This document shows, piece by piece, positions 8,568 through 19,377 of a DNA stretch of 64,000 bases. The number at the start of each line of letters is the position of its first letter. Position 1 is the stretch's first letter. The notes under the pieces are model-generated. The model saw nothing but the letters and a program-made list of their open reading frames with translations, did not search any database and was not told the DNA's origin. The DNA lies in assembly GCA_049598495.1 (NCBI GenBank), contig JBMYNR010000001.1:64001-128000 (forward strand), read 5' to 3'. The stretch is from Opitutales bacterium. Its GTDB lineage: Bacteria; Verrucomicrobiota; Verrucomicrobiia; Opitutales; Coraliomargaritaceae. Made by a program: the position numbers and the translations under genes.

Positions 8568-9947
8568 ATGCATCCGGACGACGACTCCCAAACGACACTT
8601 TCAAAATGGCCCTTTGTTCTGGGGGATGTACTCTTGGTGGCGACCTCGCTGGTCATTGCAATCCTTGGTGACTGGCAGCTGACTAACTGGCAGGTCGCCT
8701 CCTGCGTGATCTCAGTGGCATTGGGTGCGGCGCTCTTTGTTTTGCCCTATGTGGTGGAGTTTCAAGTGCGTGTGCGTGAGGAGCGTGAGGATCGCGGAGC
8801 GGAGCTCCGTATCCTTCATCGTCACGTGGCGAACGGGCGTGAGGAACTCGAAGCCGCGGCCGAACGCATCGAAGCGGTTGAGGCCGCCCTCACCAAACTG
8901 GCTCCATCCTGCTCTGATCTCACGGCGCCTTTGGAAGCGCTCGATCAAAAGCTCGAACCTGTGGCTCAGGCGCAGGCCGGTCTCAATAAGAAACTCGAGG
9001 CATTAGAGAAGCAAGTTGACGGGATGTCAGGCACGGTCGAAGCAAAGCCAGACTCAAATGCTCTCAAGCGGCTCGAGACGGATATTGCATCACTTAAAGA
9101 AGAACTCGTCTCACTTTCCGCTCAGCTCGCGGAGCCGGCGTCCGAGGTGAAGGAAGTCGGTGACAAAGCAGCTGAAACGGAGGGGAGCAAGGAAACGAAA
9201 GCGTCGAAAACAAAGCCCGAAAAGCGCGCCCAAAAAACAATCGAACGCCCGACGCGTTCTCCCCGTGAACGACGTGAACCCGAAGCTCGCCTTTTGAAGC
9301 GCGCGATCGACGAGAAACAGGACAACTCCTCGGCTGCTGTTAGCCGAATTATCGAATCGAAGTCCAAAGCGGAGCCCACTCCGGAGGTTACCTCGAAGCG
9401 CCAGCCGGTAACACCGAAGCAAGCGAAGGAGCCGGCAGAGAGATCTCTAAAGCCCACGGAGGAAAAACCGAAATCAAAGCCTCATGCGAATAAGGCACCA
9501 GAGGAGGGAGGCACGGATTCAAAGCCAGCAGCTGATGGGCCAAAGCCAGCCACCCCGGAGGAAGAGAACCCAGCCGTAAAAAAGAAGGCGGTGGAGTCGA
9601 CTCAAGTAAAGGCAGAGCCCGCCCCCGAGGAGGATATGTTTGGCGATACGGTGCTGGCGCAGGTCACGAAACGGGTAAAAACGAAGAAAAGTGATACCGC
9701 AGTGATTGCCTCGGTTTTTATTGGCATCGGCAACAAGCCCTTTGTCCGTGGGAGTGGTGCCGGATTGAATTGGGAGAGCGGAGTCGAGATGGAATTTGAA
9801 GAGATTGGTAAGTGGCGCTGGATCCCTCCGGCCGATCTTGATAGGCCGATTGAGATACAACTCTACCGCAATGACGAGGATGCCGACAGCACGGGCAAGT
9901 ATACACTGGAGCCGGGGCAGCAACTGGACTTGTCGCCGGTATTTTGA
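8568..9947 (+). CDS. Hypothetical membrane-anchored protein (2 TM, coiled coil, long charged linker, C-terminal beta domain)
   Basis: Long ORF with two hydrophobic helices, heptads, a K/E/P-rich tract and C-terminal FIGIGNKPFVRGSGAGLNW. Start ATG 8568 or GTG 8559. Confidence 0.85.
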   Translation: MHPDDDSQTTLSKWPFVLGDVLLVATSLVIAILGDWQLTNWQVASCVISVALGAALFVLPYVVEFQVRVREEREDRGAELRILHRHVANGREELEAAAERIEAVEAALTKLAPSCSDLTAPLEALDQKLEPVAQAQAGLNKKLEALEKQVDGMSGTVEAKPDSNALKRLETDIASLKEELVSLSAQLAEPASEVKEVGDKAAETEGSKETKASKTKPEKRAQKTIERPTRSPRERREPEARLLKRAIDEKQDNSSAAVSRIIESKSKAEPTPEVTSKRQPVTPKQAKEPAERSLKPTEEKPKSKPHANKAPEEGGTDSKPAADGPKPATPEEENPAVKKKAVESTQVKAEPAPEEDMFGDTVLAQVTKRVKTKKSDTAVIASVFIGIGNKPFVRGSGAGLNWESGVEMEFEEIGKWRWIPPADLDRPIEIQLYRNDEDADSTGKYTLEPGQQLDLSPVF

Positions 9948-10036
9948 GTTACCGGATGCCAAGTCTGAACGTAGAATAGTGATTCTTGTGACCTACCAGG
10001 CCTAAATGCAATAGGCTCTGGTATGAATATGGTCGT

Positions 10037-10070
10037 AAAAAAAGTCCGGCGGCATTTGCCGACGGACTTT
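10037..10070 (-). terminator. Intrinsic terminator after mdh (possibly bidirectional)
   Basis: A7-GTCCGGCGGC-ATTT-GCCGACGGAC-TTT between convergent genes. Confidence 0.8.
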
Positions 10071-10092
10071 GGAAATTTGATTCGAAGCGAAT

Positions 10093-11076
10093 TTAGAGGA
10101 GATCCTTCACCGCTTCGCGTTCTTCCAACAGCTCCTGCACGGAGGCGTCAAATTTCTCACGGCTGAACTCGTTGAGCTCCACATTCTGAACGATCTCGAT
10201 AGACTGTCCATCGCTGCGGCAGGGGAAGGAGATGATGAGTCCCTCCGGGGTGCCGTAGCTGCCGTCGGAGCAGAGGCACATGCTGAAGGTGTCGCCCGGG
10301 GCGGTTGGAGTGGTCAGGGCACGCACGGAATCGACGATCCCGTTGGCGGCTGATGCGGCGGAAGAGGCGCCGCGGGCCTTGATAATGGCGGCACCACGCT
10401 TTTGCACATCGGGGATAAACGTATCCTTAAGCCATGACTCATCGGCGATGGCTTGAGCGGCAGATTTACCGTCGATCTTTGCGGAATAGAAGTCCGGATA
10501 CTGTGTGGCGGAGTGGTTGCCCCAAATGGTCATGTTGGATACCGCGGTCACATCGACACCAGCCTTCTGTGCGAGTTGTGTTTTGGCACGGTTTTCATCG
10601 AGCATGGTCATTGCGAAGAATCGGTCATTGGGCACACCCTCCGCATTGTTCATGGCGATGAGGCAATTGGTATTGCAGGGATTTCCGACCACGAGGACGC
10701 GGACATCGTCGGCTGCGTTGGCAGCGATTGCTTTACCCTGACCGGTGAATACCTTACCATTGATACCAAGTAGATCGGCGCGCTCCATCCCGTCCTTGCG
10801 GGGAACAGAGCCAACGAGAAGGGCCCAGTTTACATCTTTGAAACCTACGTCGAGATCAGTTGTGGCGACAACATCTTTCAGGAGAGGGAAAGCGCAGTCA
10901 TCGAGCTCCATAACGACGCCCTTGAGCGCGTTGAGAGCCGGAGGAATCTCAATCAGATTTAGTGCAACGGGCTGGTCTGGCCCGAACATGGAACCGGAAG
11001 CGATACGGAAAAGAAGGGCGTAGCCGATGTTGCCGGCGGCACCCGTGACAGCGACTCGTATGGGTTGCTTGCTCAT
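10093..11076 (-). CDS. mdh: Malate dehydrogenase
   Basis: [41 protein letters not shown]. Confidence 0.97.
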   Translation of the reverse strand: MSKQPIRVAVTGAAGNIGYALLFRIASGSMFGPDQPVALNLIEIPPALNALKGVVMELDDCAFPLLKDVVATTDLDVGFKDVNWALLVGSVPRKDGMERADLLGINGKVFTGQGKAIAANAADDVRVLVVGNPCNTNCLIAMNNAEGVPNDRFFAMTMLDENRAKTQLAQKAGVDVTAVSNMTIWGNHSATQYPDFYSAKIDGKSAAQAIADESWLKDTFIPDVQKRGAAIIKARGASSAASAANGIVDSVRALTTPTAPGDTFSMCLCSDGSYGTPEGLIISFPCRSDGQSIEIVQNVELNEFSREKFDASVQELLEEREAVKDLL

Positions 11077-11088
11077 GATTTTATGTAG

Positions 11089-11120
11089 GTTGAGTAGTTG
11101 AGTGGTTGAGTAGTTGAGTG
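11089..11120. repeat. 8-bp tandem repeat (GTTGAGTR) x4 upstream of mdh
   Basis: gttgagta gttgagtg gttgagta gttgagtg. Confidence 0.85.
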
Positions 11121-11186
11121 GGTGCTGGGAAGAGTCAAACGGGAAGCGCGTGCGGGAGCTTGAAAGAAGCGCTCCTTTTGGGTGTT

Positions 11187-12239
11187 TTAAGCAAAAAGCG
11201 GCTCAAGGTCTTTGTAACCCTTCCGAATCATCGCCTCGGTGGTATCCCAGTCAATACAGCCGTCGGTGATGGAGACGCCATATTTCAGGTCTTCGATCGG
11301 TTGAGGAAAGGATTGGTTGCCGAAATTCAGATTACTCTCGACCATGGCGCCGATCACGCTCGAGTCGACTAGGCTTTGGCGTACGATTTCGGCAAATACC
11401 GCGGGTTGGCGCTCGGGGTCCTTATCGCTGTTCGCGTGGCTGCAGTCAGTCATGATGGCAGGTGTGAGGCCCGCCGCATCGAGTCGTTTGCGGGCTTCTG
11501 CGACGTCGTCAGCACCGTAGTTAGGGCCGTTGGAGCCGCCACGGAGAACAACGTGGCAGTGCGGGTTGCCCTTTGTGGTGAGCGCGTTGGCGCGTCCCTC
11601 GTTGTCGATTCCGAGAAAAGTTTGTGGCTGAGAAGCAGCCTTGATTGCATTGATTGCTACAGTCAGTCCTCCGTCGGTGCCGTTTTTGAAGCCGAGAGGC
11701 ATGGATAGACCCGAGGCCATTTGGCGATGAGTCTGGCTCTCTGTTGTGCGTGCGCCGATCGCCGACCAGCTCACAAGATCTGCAATGTACTGCGGTGTGA
11801 TCGGGTCGAGCAGTTCAGTGGCAGTTGGTAGGCCCAGTTCGATTATATCGAGCAGGAAGCGCCGGGCGATGCGCAGACCCTCTGGGATGTCACTGGTGCC
11901 GTCGAGTTTGGGATCCATGATCAGGCCCTTCCAGCCAACCGTCGTGCGTGGCTTCTCAAAGTAGACACGCATGACGATGAGCATGCGATCTTCCACTTCC
12001 TTCGCTAGTTTGGCCAAGTTCGCTGCGTATTCATGGCCCGCCTTTAAATCATGAATGGAGCATGGCCCTACGACAACGAGTAGACGGCGATCCTTACCAA
12101 AGATAATCTCGTTAATTGCCTCGCGGCTCTCGGCTACAAATTTGTCAGCTGACTCGGTTTTTTCGATCTCCTTGCATAGTTCGACAGGCGAAGGGAGTCG
12201 CGTTTTTGAGGTGATGTTTATGTCGGTGACTTTTTTCAC
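11187..12239 (-). CDS. 3-deoxy-7-phosphoheptulonate (DAHP) synthase, class I alpha (AroF/G/H type)
   Basis: [51 protein letters not shown]. Confidence 0.96.
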   Translation of the reverse strand: MKKVTDINITSKTRLPSPVELCKEIEKTESADKFVAESREAINEIIFGKDRRLLVVVGPCSIHDLKAGHEYAANLAKLAKEVEDRMLIVMRVYFEKPRTTVGWKGLIMDPKLDGTSDIPEGLRIARRFLLDIIELGLPTATELLDPITPQYIADLVSWSAIGARTTESQTHRQMASGLSMPLGFKNGTDGGLTVAINAIKAASQPQTFLGIDNEGRANALTTKGNPHCHVVLRGGSNGPNYGADDVAEARKRLDAAGLTPAIMTDCSHANSDKDPERQPAVFAEIVRQSLVDSSVIGAMVESNLNFGNQSFPQPIEDLKYGVSITDGCIDWDTTEAMIRKGYKDLEPLFA

Positions 12240-12333
12240 GGGCGGGATGTGTAGAGAAGCTTTCTATTCGTAACAAGCCCAAAGGGGTAAAACGGGTGCT
12301 AGAGGGTGGCAGTGCGGATGCGGGGAGCATTTT

Positions 12334-12438
12334 GTAGAACGCTGGCGGGAGCCAGTGTTCTGATGCGTAGCACTGGGGTTTCATATGAATTCGATCGATT
12401 GCCCTCGATACTGACAACGGCTGTCGCCGTCGTGCTAC
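12334..12438. repeat. Degenerate GTAG-type REP doublet
   Basis: GTAGAACGCTGGCGGGAGCCAGTGTTC ... ACAACGGCTGTCGCCGTCGTGCTAC. Confidence 0.5.
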
Positions 12439-12533
12439 ATTTTGGGCAGGGAAAGCTTGGATGGGTCGAACGATACAGAGCGACTTGCGAGATACGGGTT
12501 GAAACTTTTCTGCGGTCATCTACCTCTACACGA

Positions 12534-13445
12534 ATGGACCCTGCGAAAAGCTATTTCCAATATGAAAGTAATGCCCATCTACTGGTGGCGGGAGAGGATG
12601 CGGCTGATTTTCTTCAAAGTCAGTTCACGAATGATCTGCGTCCCTTCGAGGCAGGACGTTGCACCTACGGACTCTGGTTGGACGTGAAGGGAAAAGTATT
12701 GGGTGATAGTATCCTCCTCAGTGAGGGTGAGGAGCGGTTCCGTATTTTGTCAGAGCGGAGTAACGAGGAGCGCATTTGCTCGCATTTGGAGAAGCATATC
12801 ATTGCTGACGATGTCGTGATTGAAGTCTGCCCATCGGTGAAGGTGTTTGAGTTTCTCCAGGTTGCGGTCGGAGCGCTCGATTGGGAGCTTCCTGAATTCG
12901 GCCACTCTCTCGAAAATGAATTCGGGCTATTCGCTCAGGTGAGACCAGGTATTTTTCAGCTGATCGTGAGTGAGGAGGATAAGCTTGAAGCCGTGGAGCT
13001 GGATTTGGAGCAGGCCGGACTTTACGGGCAAGACGCCCGAGAGCGCGGGCTCATTCGCATCGGGATCGGCCTCCCGCAGGTTCCTGAAGAAATTGGCGAA
13101 GGAGACCTCCCCGGCGAGGGTGAGTTGGAAAGCGATGCGATCTCGTTTACAAAAGGTTGCTATCTCGGTCAGGAGGTTGTCGCTCGTATGCATAACATCG
13201 GGAAGCCGCAGCGCCGACTCTTTGAGCTATCCGGTCCGGGGGAGGTGCCTCCATTGCCCCTCATATTATACAATAGCGAGATGAAACAAATCGGTGAACT
13301 GCGCACTGCCTATGCCGACGGTGACGCATGGCGCGGTGTCGGGATCTTGAAGACGCGCTTCTCGCAAGTGGGCGAATGTCTTCAAAACAAAACGATTCAG
13401 GCAACCGTTATTAAGCCGCTTCGAGAAGGAGGCCATGATGAGTGA
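12534..13445 (+). CDS. ygfZ: Folate-binding Fe-S cluster repair protein (YgfZ/GcvT family)
   Basis: GEDAADFLQ and KGCYLGQEVVAR signature. Confidence 0.93.
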   Translation: MDPAKSYFQYESNAHLLVAGEDAADFLQSQFTNDLRPFEAGRCTYGLWLDVKGKVLGDSILLSEGEERFRILSERSNEERICSHLEKHIIADDVVIEVCPSVKVFEFLQVAVGALDWELPEFGHSLENEFGLFAQVRPGIFQLIVSEEDKLEAVELDLEQAGLYGQDARERGLIRIGIGLPQVPEEIGEGDLPGEGELESDAISFTKGCYLGQEVVARMHNIGKPQRRLFELSGPGEVPPLPLILYNSEMKQIGELRTAYADGDAWRGVGILKTRFSQVGECLQNKTIQATVIKPLREGGHDE

Positions 13446-13638
13446 TTTGAATGATGATTACGCCAACGAAGTGGCCTGTATATTCGTGAATCTGGGAGCA
13501 CCCGAAGAACAGGCCCAAGTCATGTCTTCGCAACTCTTGAAACGTGCGCAACAAATTTCTGAAGCGCGTGGTATTTCCAAAGTTGAAGCGGCCGAGAGCC
13601 TCTTGAAACAGGTGATTGCAGCACGGCAGGGCGTTTGA
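13435..13638 (+). CDS. Hypothetical small protein (67 aa)
   Basis: GGAGG RBS, overlaps the ygfZ stop, amphipathic helical sequence. Confidence 0.65.
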   Translation: MMSDLNDDYANEVACIFVNLGAPEEQAQVMSSQLLKRAQQISEARGISKVEAAESLLKQVIAARQGV

Positions 13639-13793
13639 AGTCGCTCTGAGAGAGGTTTCGAGTTCATGTCGAGTCTGAAAACCTGAAAAAATAGGGGGTT
13701 CAGGGCCGATTTTAGGTTGACGCTAACAATCGCTCATTCTCTTATCAGCGACGGTCATAAGGCCAATAAACCTCAACAAAATAATAAGAATAT

Positions 13794-14069
13794 ATGAACA
13801 AAGCAGGACTCGTTGCAGAAGTACAAAAGTCACTCGGTGCTGACACCTCCAAAGCAGCCGCAGAGCGTGCCATCGAAGCCGTTCTCGAGGGCATCAAAAA
13901 GGGTGTTAAGAAGGACAAAAATGTTCAACTCATCGGCTTCGGTACTTTCTCAGTAACTAAGCGTGCCGCACGCACCGGCATCAATCCACAGACTCGCGAG
14001 AAGATTAAGATCAAGGCTTCCAAGGCTGTGAAGTTCAAGGCGGGTGCCGGTCTCAAAGCAGTTCTCTAA
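13794..14069 (+). CDS. hup: DNA-binding protein HU
   Basis: MNKAGLV...VQLIGFGTF...RAARTGINPQT. Confidence 0.97.
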   Translation: MNKAGLVAEVQKSLGADTSKAAAERAIEAVLEGIKKGVKKDKNVQLIGFGTFSVTKRAARTGINPQTREKIKIKASKAVKFKAGAGLKAVL

Positions 14070-14091
14070 GAGCTTACCCCTATACAATTCG

Positions 14092-14128
14092 AAACCCGCA
14101 GTCTCCCGAGTAGGAGCTGCGGGTTTTT
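14092..14128 (+). terminator. Intrinsic terminator after hup
   Basis: ACCCGCAG...CTGCGGGT stem plus T-tract. Confidence 0.85.
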
Positions 14129-14303
14129 GGTTTTTGCAATGTGCACTAAAAAAGGAGCTTAGCACGACGACGATCCTCGTTGTGGGCACTCGGCTAGCGG
14201 CGAAGCATCGACTGACGTCCGCGTTCGATAGGAAGAATGGTTCCTCGGCAAAGCGAGGGGAAGGATCGATCGTCTTTTTTTTCAGCAAACGGCCTTAGCA
14301 AGC

Positions 14304-14550
14304 TAACCCGAATATTGCACCAGTTTGTTGCTGTCGTTCTTTATCTTGTTACGGGATGGCTACTTGCGAGTTTTCTTCAAAAACTCGTCGTGTCACAAAA
14401 GTGACAGCAACAAACTTTGAGTCCAGAAGCGTCCCTGGCTGTGTTCCGAGCGCGTAACCCACTTAGTCACGCACTTCAGTGCGCTCCTGCGTGGAACACG
14501 GCTCGCGCCTTGCCAAAGCCAATTCTGGATCTCATGCAATAAGCGGGCTA
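14304..14550. mobile_element. ERIC-like MITE, copy 1 (245 bp plus TA duplication)
   Basis: One substitution relative to 56848-57094. Imperfect terminal IRs ACCCGAATATTGCA / TGCAATAAGCGGGC, flanked by TA; empty site at 33070-33089. Confidence 0.9.
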
Positions 14551-14641
14551 AGGCCCTGCAAAATGATTGTTTTCCTAGGGCTCGACCGCCTGACTCGGCG
14601 TAGCTCGGCGAGCGAAGACGGTTGGTCAATGCCGCGTCGGC
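14551..14641. repeat. Dispersed repeat hosting the MITE (homologous to 33017-33089 reversed and 29368-29431)
   Basis: AGGCCCTGCAAAATGATTGTTTTC...GGGCTCGACC...GGTCAATGCCG shared between the loci. Confidence 0.8.
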
Positions 14642-14808
14642 TATGCAATCGAATTATTCCCCGGAAAATGACGATAAACACGAAAAATGCACCGCAGGTA
14701 GAAGTGGACACCGCTAGAAAATACCCGCCTTTGCGGTTGCCAGCCACTTAAAAGGCCACCTTATTGAAATCTTTTTTTGAGATTCACACGACCTTTAAGG
14801 ACAAGATT

Positions 14809-16233
14809 ATGGGTAAAAGTTTATTCGAGAAAGTATGGGACGCGCACTCCGTTCGGCAGTTGGCCAATGGGCAGACGCAGTTGTTAATCGGGACGCACTT
14901 GATTCATGAGGTGACGAGCCCTCAGGCCTTCGGGATGCTTCGCGATAAGGGCTTACAGGTGAAATATCCCCACCGCACCTTCGCTACAGTGGATCACATT
15001 GTGCCAACAAATGAGACGGTCGAGCCCTACAGTGATCCGCTCGCGCAGGGGATGATCGAGGAGCTCCGTAAGAACTGTGAGGAGAACAACGTGACTTTCT
15101 TTGACACCAATACCGGGCGCCAGGGCATTGTTCATATTGTCGGGCCGGAGCAGGGAATTACCCAACCGGGAACCACCATCGCATGTGGTGATTCGCATAC
15201 ATCGACCCACGGAGCCTTTGGGGCGATTGCCTTTGGTATCGGAACCAGTCAGGTTCGTGATGTGCTTGCGACTCAGACCATCGCTTTGAACGAGTTGAAA
15301 GTACGTCGCATCAATGTTGACGGTGAACTTCGACCGGGCGTCTATGCAAAGGACGTGATTCTGCACATCATCCGGCTTCTCGGAACACAGGGTGGTACCG
15401 GATTCGCCTACGAATATGCCGGCTCTGTCTTTGATGGTTTCACAATGGAGGAGCGGATGACAGTCTGTAACATGTCGATTGAGGGGGGTGCTCGCGTAGG
15501 TTACGTGAATCCTGACGAGACCACTTTCGAATACCTAAAGGGCCGTCCCTACGCACCCAAGGGTGAGGCGTGGGATTCTGCAGTTGAGCGGTGGCGTTCC
15601 TTCGCTTCGGATGCGGATTGCAGCTATGATGATGTGGTGAATATCGATGCGAGTGAGATCGAACCGACTGTCACTTGGGGGATTACTCCAGGTCAAGGTG
15701 TCGGTATCAATGAGATGATTCCTGCGGAGGCCGATGGCGATACCCAGTCTGATCGCGTAGCGATTGCTGAGGCACTTGAGCACATGAAGTTCGAGGGTGG
15801 TTCGCCGGTCAAGGGCAAGAAGATCGATGTCGCTTTCATCGGTTCCTGCACAAATGGTCGTCTTTCTGATCTCAAGGAAGTCGCCAAATATGTTAAAGGC
15901 CGCAAGGTGGCTGAGGGTGTTCAAGGGATTGTGGTTCCCGGTTCTCAGGTAGTCGCCAAAATCGCCGAGGAGCTCGGTCTGGACAAAACCTTCATCGAGG
16001 CCGGCTTCGAATGGCGGGCAGCGGGTTGCTCCATGTGCCTGGCTATGAATCCTGACAAGTTAGTTGGCGATCAGCTGTGTGCGAGCTCGTCAAATCGTAA
16101 TTTTAAGGGCCGTCAAGGCTCGCCCACTGGGCGCACGATGTTGATGAGCCCTCTGATGGTGGCTGCGGCTGCAGTGACCGGTGAGGTCTCTGATGCACGT
16201 GAGGTCTTTGGCTTCGCCCCCGTCGTTGCATAA
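14809..16233 (+). CDS. leuC: 3-isopropylmalate dehydratase large subunit
   Basis: [46 protein letters not shown]. Confidence 0.98.
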   Translation: MGKSLFEKVWDAHSVRQLANGQTQLLIGTHLIHEVTSPQAFGMLRDKGLQVKYPHRTFATVDHIVPTNETVEPYSDPLAQGMIEELRKNCEENNVTFFDTNTGRQGIVHIVGPEQGITQPGTTIACGDSHTSTHGAFGAIAFGIGTSQVRDVLATQTIALNELKVRRINVDGELRPGVYAKDVILHIIRLLGTQGGTGFAYEYAGSVFDGFTMEERMTVCNMSIEGGARVGYVNPDETTFEYLKGRPYAPKGEAWDSAVERWRSFASDADCSYDDVVNIDASEIEPTVTWGITPGQGVGINEMIPAEADGDTQSDRVAIAEALEHMKFEGGSPVKGKKIDVAFIGSCTNGRLSDLKEVAKYVKGRKVAEGVQGIVVPGSQVVAKIAEELGLDKTFIEAGFEWRAAGCSMCLAMNPDKLVGDQLCASSSNRNFKGRQGSPTGRTMLMSPLMVAAAAVTGEVSDAREVFGFAPVVA

Positions 16234-16278
16234 ATACTCTCTTCCTTCTTAAATCATAATTTTTAAATTTCGCTAACA

Positions 16279-16881
16279 ATGGCATCCACACCAATCAATC
16301 AAGTCACAGGTAAGGGCGTTTATGTGCCTGGTGACGATATCGACACAGATCGCATCATCCCCGCACGCTTCATGAAGTGTATCACCTTCGATGGTCTGGG
16401 AGAGTATCTTTTTTACGACGTTCGCAAGACCGAGGGTGGCGAAGACAAGGAGCACAACCTCAATGATCCACGTTTCTCCGGCGCCAACATCATCCTAAGT
16501 GGAAATAATTTCGGCTGTGGCAGTTCGCGAGAGCATGCTCCGCAGTCCATTCTGCGTGCGGGTTTCAATGCGGTTATCGCGGGTAGCTTTGCCGAGATAT
16601 TTTTTGGCAATTCCACCAACCTCGGGATTGTCTGTGTGACTGCAAGTGATGAAGATCGCGCCAGGATCGCCGATGCCATCGAAGCGGAGCCGGGCTTAGA
16701 GATCGTGATTGACGTCGAGGATCAAGAGATCCGCTTCGATAAGCAGTCGATTCCCTGCGCGATCAAGCCCGGTGCACGCGACAGTCTCCTTAGAGGTTCT
16801 TACGATCCTCTCGACGAGCTGCTGGAAGGTGCCGGCGAGGTGGCCTCCGTGGCCGGCAACCTGGCTTATATGGAGGGGTGA
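16279..16881 (+). CDS. leuD: 3-isopropylmalate dehydratase small subunit
   Basis: DIDTDRIIPARF, NFGCGSSREHA, SFAEIFFGN. Confidence 0.98.
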   Translation: MASTPINQVTGKGVYVPGDDIDTDRIIPARFMKCITFDGLGEYLFYDVRKTEGGEDKEHNLNDPRFSGANIILSGNNFGCGSSREHAPQSILRAGFNAVIAGSFAEIFFGNSTNLGIVCVTASDEDRARIADAIEAEPGLEIVIDVEDQEIRFDKQSIPCAIKPGARDSLLRGSYDPLDELLEGAGEVASVAGNLAYMEG

Positions 16882-16961
16882 TATTCCCGGGATACATGCC
16901 GCGCTAGCGAGTCTTTTGGAAGTATCTCCTTTTCTTCAGACCCATTCTGAATTTTTCTTTT

Positions 16962-17522
16962 ATGGATATTCTCACAAATGCAGGGGTCTTTTTTTACCCG
17001 CTTGCGCTCTGCTCGTTCATCGCGGTTTTCATCACCATTGAGCGTTTGATCGCTCTGCGAAACTCACGGGTCGTCCCCGCCACAGTCGTGAGGGCCTTCG
17101 TTTCGGGCGAATTTGGGAGCATTCCCCCTGAGTTGACTACGGTAGCCGGGCGTATCGCGGGCTTCTACCAAACCCGCCAGCCGGATGCCGCTGCGCTGAA
17201 GGCGTATGCCCGTTTGGAAGTCAGCCGTATGGAGCGTGGTGTCTTCCTACTCGAGGTTGTTATCGGGGTGGCACCGCTACTCGGCCTGCTTGGCACCGTA
17301 ACCGGATTGACTCAGGTATTTGGCGGGTTTTCCGCGGAGACCGGACTGCCCGACCCTGCGGCTTTTATCACCGGTATCGCCTTGGCTTTGAACACCACGA
17401 TTTTGGGCCTCGCCATAGCGATCCCTAGCTTGGCGGCGCACGCCTATCTCCTTCGTCGGGTTGAGTCGTTGGCGGCACGCATCGCTCTTGGTGTCGAGGC
17501 AATTCTCGAAACGGATTCCTGA
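16962..17522 (+). CDS. MotA/TolQ/ExbB proton channel family protein
   Basis: APLLGLLGTVTG, GIALALNTTILGLAIAIP. Confidence 0.92.
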   Translation: MDILTNAGVFFYPLALCSFIAVFITIERLIALRNSRVVPATVVRAFVSGEFGSIPPELTTVAGRIAGFYQTRQPDAAALKAYARLEVSRMERGVFLLEVVIGVAPLLGLLGTVTGLTQVFGGFSAETGLPDPAAFITGIALALNTTILGLAIAIPSLAAHAYLLRRVESLAARIALGVEAILETDS

Positions 17523-17929
17523 TGGACGGAAGCTCCGAGCTGATCAGCCGGCGCAGACGGCAACCATCGATCAACATTGTTCCTTTGGTCGATGTGCTTA
17601 CGGTGTTGCTGTTCTTCTTCCTTGTGACGATGCAGTTCAAGCAGGTGAGCACCTTGAATATCACCGTTCCGAAGATCGAGACAGCGGGAGAGAACGAAAT
17701 TCAGGAACAGATTGTGATTGCGCTTAGTCCCGAGGGACAGATCTACCTCAATGATCGGCTGGTCGAGAAAGTACCCTTTGAGGCGGCGATGAAGCTGGCT
17801 GGGGAACTGACGCCGGATCTTCCGATTCTCCTGATTGCTGATGAGGAGGTGCCGCTGAAGTATGTGACCGAGGTGATGGACGTGTGTAGAAAGCACCAGA
17901 TGAATAAGATTCGCCTGCAGTCGCGTTAG
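17522..17929 (+). CDS. ExbD/TolR family protein
   Basis: [25 protein letters not shown] coupling to the upstream gene. Confidence 0.92.
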   Translation: MDGSSELISRRRRQPSINIVPLVDVLTVLLFFFLVTMQFKQVSTLNITVPKIETAGENEIQEQIVIALSPEGQIYLNDRLVEKVPFEAAMKLAGELTPDLPILLIADEEVPLKYVTEVMDVCRKHQMNKIRLQSR

Positions 17930-18657
17930 ATCGGTCTGCGTATCCTGTGGCGATATTTCTTGGCGAGGGCTTCGTTGTGTTCGGCCCCGCCGTCGGCATT
18001 CTGGCTCACATAGGTGGGTGGCGTCACACCCATTGCAATCAGGCTCTCAATAATCTCCATGGAGAGGAGATTCAGGAGAAGCGCGCCAGTCATGGTCGAG
18101 GTCGGGCCCACCTTATAGGCAAATCCAGGGGCTTCGATCGAGGCGTCGCCGGGCAAGCCTCCGTTGTCGAGGACCAAGTCCGCAAGTTCGTATAGCTTCT
18201 TTCCGGATGGATGACGCGAACTGGTCGATTTCGACATCGCGAGAGAAGTCATCGCGATTACCTTGAGGCCTGAGTCCCGTGCCTGCATGGCTACTTCAAT
18301 CGGGCTGGCGTTGCGCCCCGAGTTGGAAATGACGAGTATGACATCGCTTGGTTGAACGGCATACTGATAGGTGTAGCGTTGAAAAAGTCGGGCCCCGTAG
18401 CCCGGAATCTGCTCGGGCCAGCCATCCGCAGGATCGTTGATGCTGCTGACGGGGACCAGACCGCCGGCACGCCGCTCGATCTCTGTTGCTAGAATCTGAG
18501 AGTGACCACTTCCGAAGCTGTGCAGGACCCCTCCTGCGGCAATTGAATCGGCAATCATCTTGCCTGCGGCTCTCAGGGTGTCTGCATTATCCGCGTAGAC
18601 CTTGTCCTGAAGCATATTCGAGGTGTCGAAGAACTTTTGTGCGAGAGACATGTTCAT
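17926..18657 (-). CDS. SIS (sugar isomerase) domain protein
   Basis: [33 protein letters not shown]. Confidence 0.88.
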   Translation of the reverse strand: MNMSLAQKFFDTSNMLQDKVYADNADTLRAAGKMIADSIAAGGVLHSFGSGHSQILATEIERRAGGLVPVSSINDPADGWPEQIPGYGARLFQRYTYQYAVQPSDVILVISNSGRNASPIEVAMQARDSGLKVIAMTSLAMSKSTSSRHPSGKKLYELADLVLDNGGLPGDASIEAPGFAYKVGPTSTMTGALLLNLLSMEIIESLIAMGVTPPTYVSQNADGGAEHNEALAKKYRHRIRRPI

Positions 18658-18676
18658 ACTTTCTATTTGAACGATA

Positions 18677-18747
18677 GGTAGGGACGGTTGCCCTCAGCCG
18701 TCCGAATTGTGTTCTCCTGCGGACGCCTGAGGGCAGGCGTCCCTGCC
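18677..18747. repeat. GTAG-type REP doublet
   Basis: GGTAGGGACGGTTGCCCTCAGCCGTCCG ... CGGACGCCTGAGGGCAGGCGTCCCTGCC. Confidence 0.8.
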
Positions 18748-18750
18748 TTC

Positions 18751-19377
18751 TTATTTTTTAGGCAGGATGACGCGTCTACGCGGGACGACCTGATTACGAT
18801 TCGTGCTGTTCTTATTGCTGTTCAAGGAATTGGGCGGCGCAATGGCGGGCAGCGTCTTAGGAGACGCGATGGTGACTGAGCTTGCCACCGGAAGGGGGGC
18901 TTGGGTCGCACGCGTGAGACTTAAACGCTCGGATCGCCCGCTTTTTGTGAGCGTGATACTCTGCGAGTCCGCGTCGTAGCCACCTACGACCATACCATCC
19001 TCCATGGAGTTCTCCTTAAGCCAATAGCTGCGCTGTTCTCTCTTGTTGAAAATACTGAACTGTTTGATCCCGTCGAGCTCGGCAAGGCCTCGGAATTCAA
19101 GCTCACGGGCGATTGGGCCATTGGTCGAAACCACCGGTCTGGGTGGTTCCGAGCTTTTTACCCCATAATCAGCTGGCAAGAATGGGTTCTTGCTCTCGAG
19201 CGTGGCCGCACCGAGTAACGCCACACTCGTAAGAGTGAAAGTGAGGGTGAACGTGTAAGTGAGTCCGCGCAGCGAGCGCAGGGGCGTTGTTCGCGACGCC
19301 CGCGAACTGGAGACAGTGCTTCGGCGGGCGCGACAAGCCAAGCCCCTAGGGATGGACTCTGTAAGCAATTGAACCAT
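18751..19377 (-). CDS. T2SS GspC-like protein; N-terminus contains an in-frame REP doublet
   Basis: LEFRG...FSIFN...ITLTKSGRSERLSL resembles the GspC HR domain; TAATG-coupled to the gspD stop. Confidence 0.65.
   Translation of the reverse strand: MVQLLTESIPRGLACRARRSTVSSSRASRTTPLRSLRGLTYTFTLTFTLTSVALLGAATLESKNPFLPADYGVKSSEPPRPVVSTNGPIARELEFRGLAELDGIKQFSIFNKREQRSYWLKENSMEDGMVVGGYDADSQSITLTKSGRSERLSLTRATQAPLPVASSVTIASPKTLPAIAPPNSLNSNKNSTNRNQVVPRRRVILPKK

Noticed and set aside
14393..14751. Short ORFs over the MITE (also 56783-57001, 31330-31699 and 33178-33867)
   Set aside because: Incidental translations of repeat DNA without coding signals
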